A program made the position numbers and the translations under genes. A stretch of 64,000 nucleotides of DNA from Capsulimonadales bacterium (GTDB lineage Bacteria > Armatimonadota > Armatimonadia > Armatimonadales > Armatimonadaceae), in NCBI GenBank assembly GCA_033762295.1, contig JANRLW010000077.1, positions 18,151 through 82,150 of the forward strand, given 5' to 3'. Positions 28,290 through 37,434 of the stretch are shown in pieces. Positions within the stretch are counted from its first letter, which is position 1; the number at the start of each line of letters is the position of its first letter. Under the pieces are notes generated by a model that saw nothing but the letters and a program-made list of their open reading frames with translations, was not told the DNA's origin and made no database searches.

Positions 28290-31097
28290 TCAGCCGAAGG
28301 TGATGACGAATTTGGCTCCGATGTCGGGAATTCCGGTCGCACGGATCGTGCCGCCGTGACGTTCGACGATCTTGCGGCAGATCGCCAGACCGATCCCGGT
28401 GCCTTCCCGATGGTTGCCGTCGAGTCGTTCGAAGACATCGAAGATGCGTTCGGCATCCTTTTCGGAGAACCCCATCCCGTTATCCTCGATGGTGAGAATG
28501 TGCCGTCCGTTCGCCCACTCATGTTCGATGCAAATCACCGTGGGGAGACCGTCGCGATGGAACTTGAGAGCGTTTCCGATCAGGTTCTGGAAAAGCTGCC
28601 GCATCTGCAGGGCGTCGGCGTCGATGGTCGGCAGAGGCGCGACACGGATGGTCGCTCGCGACTCGGCGATACGCACCTCCAGATCGTTCAGCACCTCGCG
28701 CACCACGGCGTTCAGATCGGTCGGCGCGAACGCATTTCCCTTGGTGGTGACGCGTGAATAGGACAGCAGACCGTCGATCAACGCCTGCATTCGGTCGGAG
28801 GCGGACAGCATCCTCTCCAGATAACCGGCGGCGTCTCCGTCCAGCGTGCTCGCTTTTCGCGCCAGCATGCTGCCGAACGTCCGAATCTTCCGCAGCGGTT
28901 CCTTGAGGTCGTGGGACGCGATGGAAGCGAAGTCCTGGAGAGCGGCGTTGCTTCGCGCCAGTTCGTTCGCCATATTCCGCAGACGCACTTCGGCGGCCTT
29001 CTGCTCGGTGATATCGGTACAGACGCCGATTACCCGCCATTTGTCGGGACCGAGGGGCTGGATTTGCGCTTCCTCGCGCAGCCAGTGGTCGACCCCGTCG
29101 CGGTCGCGACAGCGGAACTCCTGCGTATAGCCGGGCTTGCCCCAAAGAATGGCCTCCCGGCTGTTGCCGTCGATCTTCGCCATATCCTCCGGGAGGCGCG
29201 AGTCCGACCACGCCCGGGAGTACTGTTTCGGGGCGGTGTCCAGCGGGACGATCCGCAGGGCGGACGCTTCGTTGCAGATTTCGAAGTCCCAGACCAGTTC
29301 CTCCCCATCGAGGGTGACGATCGCATCCCAGAGAATACAACGGGCCTTGTTGAGAACGCTTTCCAGTCGTTCCTCGGCCAGTTTTCCGGAGGTCACTTCC
29401 CGACAGACGCCGATCACGGTCCAGTGATCGGCTCCGAGCGGCTTGATCAGCGCATCCTCATAGAACCACCAGAGGTTGCCATGAAGATCGCGACAGCGGA
29501 ACTCCTGACGGTATCCGGGCAGGTTCCCCCGCAGCGCCTCTTCCGCGGTTCGGTCGATCCGTACCCGGTCCTCCTTCAGGCGGCTTTTATCCCAGGCCCA
29601 CTCATATTTATCGACGGTGGTATCGAGGGGAAACAGTTGCCGGGCGGTCTCCTGATTGAGAATCCGCATATCCCAGTCCAGATTCTCGCCGTTCCGGCGG
29701 ACATCCGCTTCCCAGAGCAGACAGCGCGCGCCGGCCAGCACTTCGTCGAGCCGCTCTTCGAATCGTTTTCGATCGGTGATATCGGTGCTGATGCCGGTCA
29801 CCTGCCAGCGGCCCGGTTCCAGGGCGCGGATACGGACATGTTCGCTCAGCCAGACCGTATTTCCGTATCGGTCCCGGCACCGAAACTCCTGAGTGTAGCC
29901 CGGCTTCCCGGACAGAATCGCTTCGGTGCTGGTGGCATGCAATCGCGCCTGGTCGTCGGCGCGGCTTTCGACCCAGGCGGCGATATAATCCCGGTCGGTG
30001 GTGTCGAGCGGCAGCACGAGGAACGCCGACCGTTCGTTCCGAAGGTGCGCTTTCCAGCGCAGCCGCCCCGTCTCCGGTTCCTGCGTCACTTCGGCATCCC
30101 ATACGATGCACCGGGCGTCCTCTACGATGGTCTGCAGTCGTTCCTCGGCCTGTTTTCGGGCCGTGATATCGACGGTCGCGCTGACCCCTCCGGTGATCCG
30201 TTCCGCTCCGTCCCGCAGAGGAAAGGTGGTCGTCAGCAGGCTCTTGATCGTTCCGTCGCTTCCCCGGAACGTCCATTCCCGGTTGACCGTCTCCTCACCC
30301 TGCGCGATCCGCCGGAGGACATCCTCCTCATCGTCCGCGGTTCCGATCACTTCCCGGATCGGCCGACCGACCACCTGGGCGGCGGTCCGGTCGAAAACGA
30401 CCTCCGCCGCATGGTTCCAGATCAGGATGCGTCCTCTGGGATCGAAGCTATAGCAGGCGACGGGTATCCCGGCGAAGAGGGAGACGAATCGATGGGCGGC
30501 GGCTTCCCGCTCCGCGCTTTCCTTCCGGAATCGTTCCTGTTGACGTTCCTGGTCGGCGTTCTCCCGTAACAACCGTTCCTGCGAGTTTCGATACCGGGCC
30601 AGCACGAGGCCGCCGAGGTAGAGGGTGAACACGAACCAGACGATGGTGAAGATGCTGACCGACAGCAGGAGATCGAGTTTCTGTCGATAGTCCTGGTAGA
30701 GGGCGCGGCTCAGCGTTTGCGCCGCCTGTCGAAGAGAGTCGGCGTTTTCCCAGTCGATCCTTCCTTCCCGCTCCAGGCGGGTCGCGAACGCATCGAACAC
30801 CGGGTCGAGGCGAGCGACTTCCGTCGGGAACGGACGACGCAATCGGTCGCGGGTCGTGCGCATCGCGTCCAGCGAGGGGCGGACGTCTCCGTCGCTCCGC
30901 GCCTGAACCCCATAGACATAGAGGCTGCGTTCGCCCAGGGCGGCGGCCTCCTCACGCAGTTCGGCGTCCCGGAAGGTGGTGGCTACCTGAAGGACGATGA
31001 ACCCGAGCAGGCAAAGCAGCAGGGCGCTGGCGGCGACCAGCAGGTTCGCGACCGTCTTGCGGGAGTCCTCGAATTTGGCGGGCATCGGCAAAGGCAT
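28290..31097 (-). CDS. Membrane sensor histidine kinase with four PAS domains
   Basis: Two N-terminal TMs; PAS/PAC repeats ending in DIT..K..E; ASHDLKEPL (H box), QNLIGNALKF, DNGMGF and GTGIGL. Confidence 0.92.
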   Translation of the reverse strand: MPLPMPAKFEDSRKTVANLLVAASALLLCLLGFIVLQVATTFRDAELREEAAALGERSLYVYGVQARSDGDVRPSLDAMRTTRDRLRRPFPTEVARLDPVFDAFATRLEREGRIDWENADSLRQAAQTLSRALYQDYRQKLDLLLSVSIFTIVWFVFTLYLGGLVLARYRNSQERLLRENADQERQQERFRKESAEREAAAHRFVSLFAGIPVACYSFDPRGRILIWNHAAEVVFDRTAAQVVGRPIREVIGTADDEEDVLRRIAQGEETVNREWTFRGSDGTIKSLLTTTFPLRDGAERITGGVSATVDITARKQAEERLQTIVEDARCIVWDAEVTQEPETGRLRWKAHLRNERSAFLVLPLDTTDRDYIAAWVESRADDQARLHATSTEAILSGKPGYTQEFRCRDRYGNTVWLSEHVRIRALEPGRWQVTGISTDITDRKRFEERLDEVLAGARCLLWEADVRRNGENLDWDMRILNQETARQLFPLDTTVDKYEWAWDKSRLKEDRVRIDRTAEEALRGNLPGYRQEFRCRDLHGNLWWFYEDALIKPLGADHWTVIGVCREVTSGKLAEERLESVLNKARCILWDAIVTLDGEELVWDFEICNEASALRIVPLDTAPKQYSRAWSDSRLPEDMAKIDGNSREAILWGKPGYTQEFRCRDRDGVDHWLREEAQIQPLGPDKWRVIGVCTDITEQKAAEVRLRNMANELARSNAALQDFASIASHDLKEPLRKIRTFGSMLARKASTLDGDAAGYLERMLSASDRMQALIDGLLSYSRVTTKGNAFAPTDLNAVVREVLNDLEVRIAESRATIRVAPLPTIDADALQMRQLFQNLIGNALKFHRDGLPTVICIEHEWANGRHILTIEDNGMGFSEKDAERIFDVFERLDGNHREGTGIGLAICRKIVERHGGTIRATGIPDIGAKFVITFG

Positions 31098-31224
31098 TGT
31101 CGCTATCTATTCAGTGTCTATTCTACTACCATTCCGAACACGATACGGGCGGAGTCTCTCCTCCTGATTGTCGGCGAAAAGGTCAGGGTTAGTCAGGTCG
31201 GGAAATCCGTTGTATGATAATTCC

Positions 31225-32331
31225 ATGGGCATACAGGCGGACATGGACCCCTCCGTGGTGCTGGTTGAGACGGCGAAGAAAAGGACGCAGCAGGGCGCGT
31301 ACGCCGACGCCGAAAACCTGCTGAAAAAAGCCCTCGCGCTTCGTTCGGATCTTCTCGGCGAGGACCACGAGGAAACGGCGGATATCCGTACCGAACTGGC
31401 CACCCTTTCCATAAATCTTCAACGTTTTGAGGACGCCCGAAGATACCTGTATCAGGCGTTACGGACCTATCACCGACTGTTCGGTTCGGAACATCCGTCG
31501 ATTGCCGCCGTTCTGAGCATCCTCGGAGTGGTTTGCTGTCGACTGGGCGAAACGGAGGACGCGGAACGGTTGTGCATTTCCGGCCTGGAGATGTGCCGCC
31601 GCGTGCATACGGCTTCGTCCCCGCACACGGCGACCGCCGCCCTGCGTCTGGCCCTCGTTTACTTCGATGCCGGACGGCTTTCGGAAGCCATCGTCCTCTA
31701 CGAGGAGGGACTTACCGTCCACGAAGCCCAGGAAACGCCGGAGATCGACTCCATCGCGGCCGGTTACAACAACCTTGCGATGGTTTACTGCGCACAGGAT
31801 CGGTGGGACGATGCGGTGATTTTGCTGAGCAAGGCGTTGCACTTGGGGTCGCTTCTTCCGGAGAATTCCGCAGTACAATCGGCCACACGAATCTATCTGG
31901 TCTATGTCCGGTATCGACAGGGGGACCACGCGGTAGCGGAGTCCGATTTGCGGGAGGTATTGCCCGATCTGGTGGCGTCGCACGGACCGGATTTCCCTTT
32001 CGTCCTTCTCGGCGAAGAACTGCTCTTCGCAACGCTTTTCCATTCGCAACGATTTGAGGAGGCGTACGGGGTTCTGCGGAGACTGCCGGAGAAGTCGGGG
32101 CGTGTCCGTGGCGAAACGCACCCGGAAACGGCGAGTATATACTTTGGGCTCGGAGTGGTCTGCACACTCCTGGACCGTTTGGACGAAGCGGAAGTCTGGC
32201 ACAAGAAGGCACTGGCGATCCGGGAGCAAACACTGGGAAAAACGCATACGAGCACGGTGGCCAGTTATCACCATCTGACGGCTCTCTACGGCGAAATGGA
32301 GAAACGCTTCCGGGAGATGGGCCTGCTCTAA
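31225..32331 (+). CDS. Tetratricopeptide repeat protein (kinesin light chain-like TPRs)
   Basis: Repeats such as LGEDHEETA, GSEHPSIA, GETHPETA and LGKTHTSTV, with NNLA; start 31225 or 31243. Confidence 0.85.
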   Translation: MGIQADMDPSVVLVETAKKRTQQGAYADAENLLKKALALRSDLLGEDHEETADIRTELATLSINLQRFEDARRYLYQALRTYHRLFGSEHPSIAAVLSILGVVCCRLGETEDAERLCISGLEMCRRVHTASSPHTATAALRLALVYFDAGRLSEAIVLYEEGLTVHEAQETPEIDSIAAGYNNLAMVYCAQDRWDDAVILLSKALHLGSLLPENSAVQSATRIYLVYVRYRQGDHAVAESDLREVLPDLVASHGPDFPFVLLGEELLFATLFHSQRFEEAYGVLRRLPEKSGRVRGETHPETASIYFGLGVVCTLLDRLDEAEVWHKKALAIREQTLGKTHTSTVASYHHLTALYGEMEKRFREMGLL

Positions 32332-32335
32332 CCGG

Positions 32336-33118
32336 TCAGGGTTTACGGAAGCGGGCGATCAATGCCAGAGGAACCCCGATCCTGCCGCGCAGTCCCGCGT
32401 AGGTATTGGCGAGACGGCGGTCGCAGACCGGTTCGGCCAGGTGTTCGAGGATCAACCCGGCGTTCGTGGCGGCGGCGAACAGGTCGGCGAGACGGTACGG
32501 ATGCTGAACGATCCGGCGTTCCTCGCCCCCGGCGGTCGTGAAGCGCAGATACGGCGCACGGTCCTGCCGGCCGTCGCCGAGCGAATCGGCCCGCGCCTGA
32601 TGCAGTCCGTGCGGATGATGGTCGCTGAGGATCAGGGTTCCGTCGGACCGCAGCACCCGCGCCATCTCGGCGAACGGCGTCGTCAGGTCCGGCAAAAAGG
32701 ACAGGACGACCGCGCAGACGGCGACATCGACGGTGGCGTCGGCCATGGGCAGGGTTCCCGTCAGGTCGCCGACACGCCAGGCGACCGGGAGTTCGGCCCG
32801 TCGCGCCTTGCGTTCGGCGCAGGCCAGCATCTCCGGGCAGAGATCGATCCCGGTGACGCTCGCCGCGCCGAGGCGGGCCAGTTGCAGCGTGTACCGCCCG
32901 GTCCCACAGCCGAGATCGACCACGTTCCTGTCTCCGAGGTCGGGTAGCGCGGCCAGTGTCTCCGTGCTTTCCAGCAGGTGCAACGGGTTACCTGCCAGAC
33001 GCGCGTCGTACGTGTCGGCGAGTTCTGCGAAGCCGTTTTGAGGAGTGCAGTAGATGGCGACGGTGTCGCGGGTATCCTCCCTGCCGAATCCGCGCGCCCC
33101 GTCGTTCGTTCCGTCCAT
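32336..33118 (-). CDS. Class I SAM-dependent methyltransferase
   Basis: VVDLGCGTGRY, GIDLCPEML and EMARVLR..G.LI motifs. Confidence 0.88.
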   Translation of the reverse strand: MDGTNDGARGFGREDTRDTVAIYCTPQNGFAELADTYDARLAGNPLHLLESTETLAALPDLGDRNVVDLGCGTGRYTLQLARLGAASVTGIDLCPEMLACAERKARRAELPVAWRVGDLTGTLPMADATVDVAVCAVVLSFLPDLTTPFAEMARVLRSDGTLILSDHHPHGLHQARADSLGDGRQDRAPYLRFTTAGGEERRIVQHPYRLADLFAAATNAGLILEHLAEPVCDRRLANTYAGLRGRIGVPLALIARFRKP

Positions 33119-33124
33119 ACAGGA

Positions 33125-33144
33125 GATTATACTCCGGTATAATC
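33125..33144. promoter_or_regulatory. Palindromic bidirectional promoter with two back-to-back TATAAT boxes
   Basis: GATTATAC-TCCG-GTATAATC. TATAAT on + at 33138-33143, 6 nt before ATG 33150; TATAAT on - at 33131-33126, 7 nt before ATG 33118. Confidence 0.65.
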
Positions 33145-33149
33145 CCGCC

Positions 33150-34280
33150 ATGACACCTCTTGAACTGCGCGCCCTCTTCCCGACCGCCGAAAAATGCCTT
33201 CATCTCAATCACGCCGGCACGTCCCCGACCGCCGCCCCGGCGGCGGAAGCGGTGAACGTCGTTTTGCGGGAGTTGATGAGCGACGATATTTTGCAGGGCT
33301 ATCTGAACCACATAAAGCGGCAGAAAGCCCTGCGTACCCTGCTCGGACGGATGCTGAACGTCGCGCCGTCGACCCTGGCGTTCACCCGGAACACATCGCA
33401 GGGACTGACGCTGGCCGCGCAGGGGATTCCGTTCCGGGAAGGCGAGAACGTCGTCGCGCCACGGGTCGAGTACCCGTCCAATATCTACCCCTGGCAGGCG
33501 CAGGCATACCGGGGCGTGTCGGTGACGCTGGTGCCTCCGCGCCCGGATTTCACGGTCGATGAGGAGGCGCTGCTCGCCGCCTGCGATGATCGGACCCGGG
33601 TTCTGGCCGTCTCCTGGGTGCAGTGGGGGACCGGACAGCGGCTCGATCTGGCGCGGCTCGGACGTTTCTGCCGCGAGCGCGGCATCGTGTTCGTCGTGGA
33701 TATCGTGCAGGGCGCGGGCGCGTTGACGCTCGATCTGGGCTCGCTTCCGATCGATATCGCGGCGGCGGGGTGTCACAAATGGCTGCTCAGTCCGGGCGGG
33801 ATGGGCTTTCTGTACATCCGTCCGGAGGTCTTCCGGACGTTCCTGCCGATCAACATCGGCTGGAATTCCGTGACCAACCCGATGGCCTGGGACGCGCCGC
33901 ACTTCGAGGACATCAAATCGGAGCCGGACCGGATGGAGGAGGGCACTCCGAACCTTCTCGGCACCGCCGCGCTGCTGACGACGCTGGAACTGCTGGAATC
34001 GGTCGGCTTCGATACGGTGAACGACCGGGTGCTGTCGCTGGCGGGATACGCGAAGGCGCGTCTGCGCGATCGCGGCATGATGGTCCGTACGCCGGCAGGA
34101 CCGGCGGGCGAGACGGGGATCGTCGCCTTCACCCACCCCGACCGGAGCCATGCCGAGGTGCTGGAGGCGCTGGCGCAGGCGAAGGTCATCGCCGTCGAAC
34201 GACAGAATTTCCTGCGCTTCTCCCCGCACGTTTACAACACCGAGGACGAGATTGATCGCGCGGTCGGGGCGCTGCCGTAA
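33150..34280 (+). CDS. Aminotransferase class V-fold PLP-dependent enzyme
   Basis: LNHAG, NTSQGL, EYPSN, VDIVQGAG, CHKWL (PLP lysine) and RFSPHVYN motifs. Confidence 0.88.
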   Translation: MTPLELRALFPTAEKCLHLNHAGTSPTAAPAAEAVNVVLRELMSDDILQGYLNHIKRQKALRTLLGRMLNVAPSTLAFTRNTSQGLTLAAQGIPFREGENVVAPRVEYPSNIYPWQAQAYRGVSVTLVPPRPDFTVDEEALLAACDDRTRVLAVSWVQWGTGQRLDLARLGRFCRERGIVFVVDIVQGAGALTLDLGSLPIDIAAAGCHKWLLSPGGMGFLYIRPEVFRTFLPINIGWNSVTNPMAWDAPHFEDIKSEPDRMEEGTPNLLGTAALLTTLELLESVGFDTVNDRVLSLAGYAKARLRDRGMMVRTPAGPAGETGIVAFTHPDRSHAEVLEALAQAKVIAVERQNFLRFSPHVYNTEDEIDRAVGALP

Positions 34281-34405
34281 ACGCCCCGTCTTCGATAGCT
34301 CACACGGCGTGCGGCTTGCCGTGACCGGGCAGGAGAACGGGCGGGCAGCGACGAAAGCGAAAGGTAGATATCCCTGACCCCTTCCTTACAAGGAAACATA
34401 CTTTT

Positions 34406-37339
34406 ATGCATCCGAATACCACGTCCCGTCTTCTCGGGACGCTTTCCCGACAGCCCGGGCGGACCGCCGAAGGTCTTCTCCGCCGTCTCCGTCTCCAGAT
34501 CGAGTTCGGCAACGCGTTCGCGGGCCTCCTTTCGGACCGCGCGACCGCCGAGGGCTGGCTTCCGTTGCTCGCGCAGGCGTCCGACTCGATCGACGCCCTT
34601 CGTCCGGACTCGCTCGGCGATCTCGAAGCGGCGGTGACGGCGGCGGAAAGCCTGCTCGCTCCGATCGGCGTGGCGGCGAAGGAGTATACCGTTACCTGCG
34701 TCGGGCACGGGCATATCGATATGAACTGGATGTGGAGCTGGCCGGAGACCGTTTCCGCCACGCATGATACGTTCGCTTCCGTCCTTTCCCTGATGCGGCA
34801 GTACCCCGACCTGACCTACTCCCAGTCGCAGGCGAGCGTTTATGCGCTGATCGAGAAGTACCACCCGGCGATGTTCGAGGAGATCCGGGAGCGGGTGAAG
34901 GAAGGACGCTGGGAGGTAACCGCCGTCCACTGGGTCGAGGGCGACAAGAACCTGGCGTCCGGCGAAAGCCTCGCCCGCCATCTTCTGTACACGCGTCGCT
35001 ATTTCGCGGAGAAGTTCGGCCTTTCCGCCGAGAAAGTCCCGCTGGACTGGGAACCGGACACGTTCGGCCATGCCAACACGATCCCGACGATCCTGGCGCA
35101 GGGCGGCGTCCGGTTCTATTACGGCTGTCGGCTCGGCGGCGGGTTCGATCATGCGGTGGTCGGCGATTTTCCGCGTCCGCGTCTGTTCCGCTGGGAGGGT
35201 CCGGACGGTAGCCGTCTCCTCGTCAACCGGGAATCGACCTGGTACAACTCCTACGTCAATATCGGCGACAATATCGCCCTTCCGGCCATCGGTTTTTATC
35301 AGGAGACCGGCCTGAAGGACTGGCTCAATATCTACGGTCTGGGCAACCATGGCGGCGGCCCGACCCGCACGGAAATCGACTATTTCCTGGAACTACGGAC
35401 CTGGCCGATCTATCCGAACGTGGTTTTCGGCACGGCGACGGCCTGGTTCGAGCAGGCGGACCGGGCGGAGAACCTGCCGGTCATCGACCACGAACTGAAC
35501 TACGAGTTCACCGGCTGTTACACATCGCAGAGCCTGATCAAGCAGGCCAACCGCTTCGGCGAAAACTATCTGGTCGAGGCCGAGACACTGGCCGCAATCA
35601 CGCACGTCGCGCCGGATACGAAGGCGCGTCTGCGCGAGGGCTGGCTGAACGTTCTCTTCAACCAGTTCCATGATATCCTGCCCGGTTCGGGCGTTCGCCA
35701 GACCCGCGAACATGCCACCGCGCTGTTCCAGGAGGCCGGGGCGATCACCGGCAGCATCAAGCGGGAGGCCGGGAAGGCGCTGGTCGCGGAGATTGACACG
35801 CTTTCCCTGTTGCCGGAGACGCCGGAAGCGGAGGAGGAGCGACGTCTGGCGGAGGTCGGACGCGCCAATACGCCGTTCGTCGCCGGGGCGGGCATCGGGG
35901 CGATGGAGACGGGCTATTCGGTCGCGAGCGGCGGCGGCGTTCGCTTCAAGCCGTTCGTGCTGTACAACCCCTGCGCCTGGGAGCGCAGCGAACCGGTCAC
36001 GGTCGTGCTGTACGATACGGACCTCGATCCCGGCCGGATCGTGGCGCGAGACGAGAACGGCGTAAACCATCCGACACTGGCGCTCGGAACCGGCGAGGAC
36101 TGGGGCCATCGCAAGATCACGGTGCTGTTCCTGGCGCAGAATGTCCCGGCGCTGGGATATAAGACGTACGTTCTCTGTGAGGGCCGGGCGGACGGCGACG
36201 CCGCGCCGCGCGTCTCTCTGCAACCCCAGGACCGGTTCGAGACGCCGTTCCTGCGGTTCCAGGCGCTCCGCGCCTTATCGGGCATCCGTGGCGTCACCGA
36301 CAAACGGACCGACGCCACACTGCAGAGCGGGTACGACGCGCTCGGCGTCTGGCGGTATCTGGTGGAGCGTCCGCGCGGCATGACCGCCTGGGTTCTGGGG
36401 AACGAGATCGAGGCGCGTGTCTCACTGCGGTCGGTCGGCTACCATATCCATGGCGCGAGCCGCAATCAGGGAACGGCCTATCCACAGGGCGACAACATCG
36501 CCTACCTGGTCCAGCAACATCTGGAGGTGCCGGGAACGCGCAGCACGGTGCGTCTCTCGACGCTGGTGCATGGTCTGGAACCGCGCGTGGATGTCACCGC
36601 CGAGATCGACTGGCGCGAAATCGGCGACTCCGGGAGCGGGATTCCGGGGCTGGCGGTCGATTTCGCCTACGACCTGACCGACGCCCCGGCGGTTCGCTAC
36701 GAGACGCCTTTCGGCAGCGTGCTTCGATTCGGGCCGGACGCCCAGGAGGTGCCATCGCTGCGGTATGCGCACCTTTCGGGGGAGGTGCTGGGCGAGGAAA
36801 GCAGCGTTCCGTGCGGTATCACGCTGCTTCAGGACTGTAAATACGGGCATACGGTCGGGCCGGGCAATAACCTGCGTCTGCGTATGATCCGCTCCTCGTT
36901 CGATCCGGACCATGCCCCGGAAGTTTGCCGCCAGAGGGTTCGTTACTCCCTCTTCTTCCATGAGGGTGAAGCGGACCCGGCGACGCTGACCCGGCTGGGA
37001 GCGGCATGGAACCATCCGTTGATCGTCTTTCCGGCGGACCTTCAAACCGGGAGCGGGTCGCCGTCGGCCTCGTTCGCACGGGTCGAACCGGCGAACGTCG
37101 TCCTGTCGGCCCTGAAGCCGGCCGAGGAGGGTGACGGGACGGTGCTTCGTCTGGTCGAGTACGGCGGCGAGGACACGGAAGCGACGGTCCTTCTGGCGGA
37201 TTCGCTGGTCGGGGGCAAAGCGACGGCGGAGATCGTCGATCTGATGGAGCGTCCGACCGGCGCGACGGCGACCCTGACCGGCAATCGCCTGTCGGTTTCG
37301 GTTCCGGCAAACTCCTTCGTCACGGTTCGCCTGTCGTAA
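34406..37339 (+). CDS. Alpha-mannosidase (GH38)
   Basis: GHGHIDMNWMW, GESLARH, WEPDTFGH, GNHGGGPT and NQFHDILPGS motifs. Confidence 0.92.
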   Translation: MHPNTTSRLLGTLSRQPGRTAEGLLRRLRLQIEFGNAFAGLLSDRATAEGWLPLLAQASDSIDALRPDSLGDLEAAVTAAESLLAPIGVAAKEYTVTCVGHGHIDMNWMWSWPETVSATHDTFASVLSLMRQYPDLTYSQSQASVYALIEKYHPAMFEEIRERVKEGRWEVTAVHWVEGDKNLASGESLARHLLYTRRYFAEKFGLSAEKVPLDWEPDTFGHANTIPTILAQGGVRFYYGCRLGGGFDHAVVGDFPRPRLFRWEGPDGSRLLVNRESTWYNSYVNIGDNIALPAIGFYQETGLKDWLNIYGLGNHGGGPTRTEIDYFLELRTWPIYPNVVFGTATAWFEQADRAENLPVIDHELNYEFTGCYTSQSLIKQANRFGENYLVEAETLAAITHVAPDTKARLREGWLNVLFNQFHDILPGSGVRQTREHATALFQEAGAITGSIKREAGKALVAEIDTLSLLPETPEAEEERRLAEVGRANTPFVAGAGIGAMETGYSVASGGGVRFKPFVLYNPCAWERSEPVTVVLYDTDLDPGRIVARDENGVNHPTLALGTGEDWGHRKITVLFLAQNVPALGYKTYVLCEGRADGDAAPRVSLQPQDRFETPFLRFQALRALSGIRGVTDKRTDATLQSGYDALGVWRYLVERPRGMTAWVLGNEIEARVSLRSVGYHIHGASRNQGTAYPQGDNIAYLVQQHLEVPGTRSTVRLSTLVHGLEPRVDVTAEIDWREIGDSGSGIPGLAVDFAYDLTDAPAVRYETPFGSVLRFGPDAQEVPSLRYAHLSGEVLGEESSVPCGITLLQDCKYGHTVGPGNNLRLRMIRSSFDPDHAPEVCRQRVRYSLFFHEGEADPATLTRLGAAWNHPLIVFPADLQTGSGSPSASFARVEPANVVLSALKPAEEGDGTVLRLVEYGGEDTEATVLLADSLVGGKATAEIVDLMERPTGATATLTGNRLSVSVPANSFVTVRLS

Positions 37340-37344
37340 GGAAG

Positions 37345-37389
37345 CGCGGCACGGTCCCCCGATAGCCTGTATCGGGGGACCGTGCCGCG
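37345..37389. terminator. Perfect 20-bp-stem hairpin after the GH38 gene
   Basis: CGCGGCACGGTCCCCCGATA-GCCTG-TATCGGGGGACCGTGCCGCG; no U-tract. Confidence 0.55.
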
Positions 37390-37399
37390 AGTCAGGCAA

Positions 37400-37428
37400 T
37401 TGCAATAAATGTTAAATAGAGGTACACT
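37400..37428 (+). promoter_or_regulatory. Sigma70-type promoter, probably leaderless
   Basis: TTGCAA (37400-37405), 17 nt, TACACT (37423-37428), 6 nt, GTG 37435; no SD sequence. Confidence 0.6.
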
Positions 37429-37434
37429 GGACCC

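Noticed and set aside
31225..32331. TPR gene as a truncated NB-ARC/kinase-TPR pseudogene
   Set aside because: The ORF is intact with a plausible promoter directly upstream, and no remnant of an upstream domain is visible.
33150..34280. Cysteine desulfurase (IscS/SufS) call, or an ergothioneine EgtD/EgtE pair with the methyltransferase
   Set aside because: No catalytic Cys loop (SSGSAC/RxGHHC) near the C-terminus, and the methyltransferase is a generic class I type, not EgtD-like.
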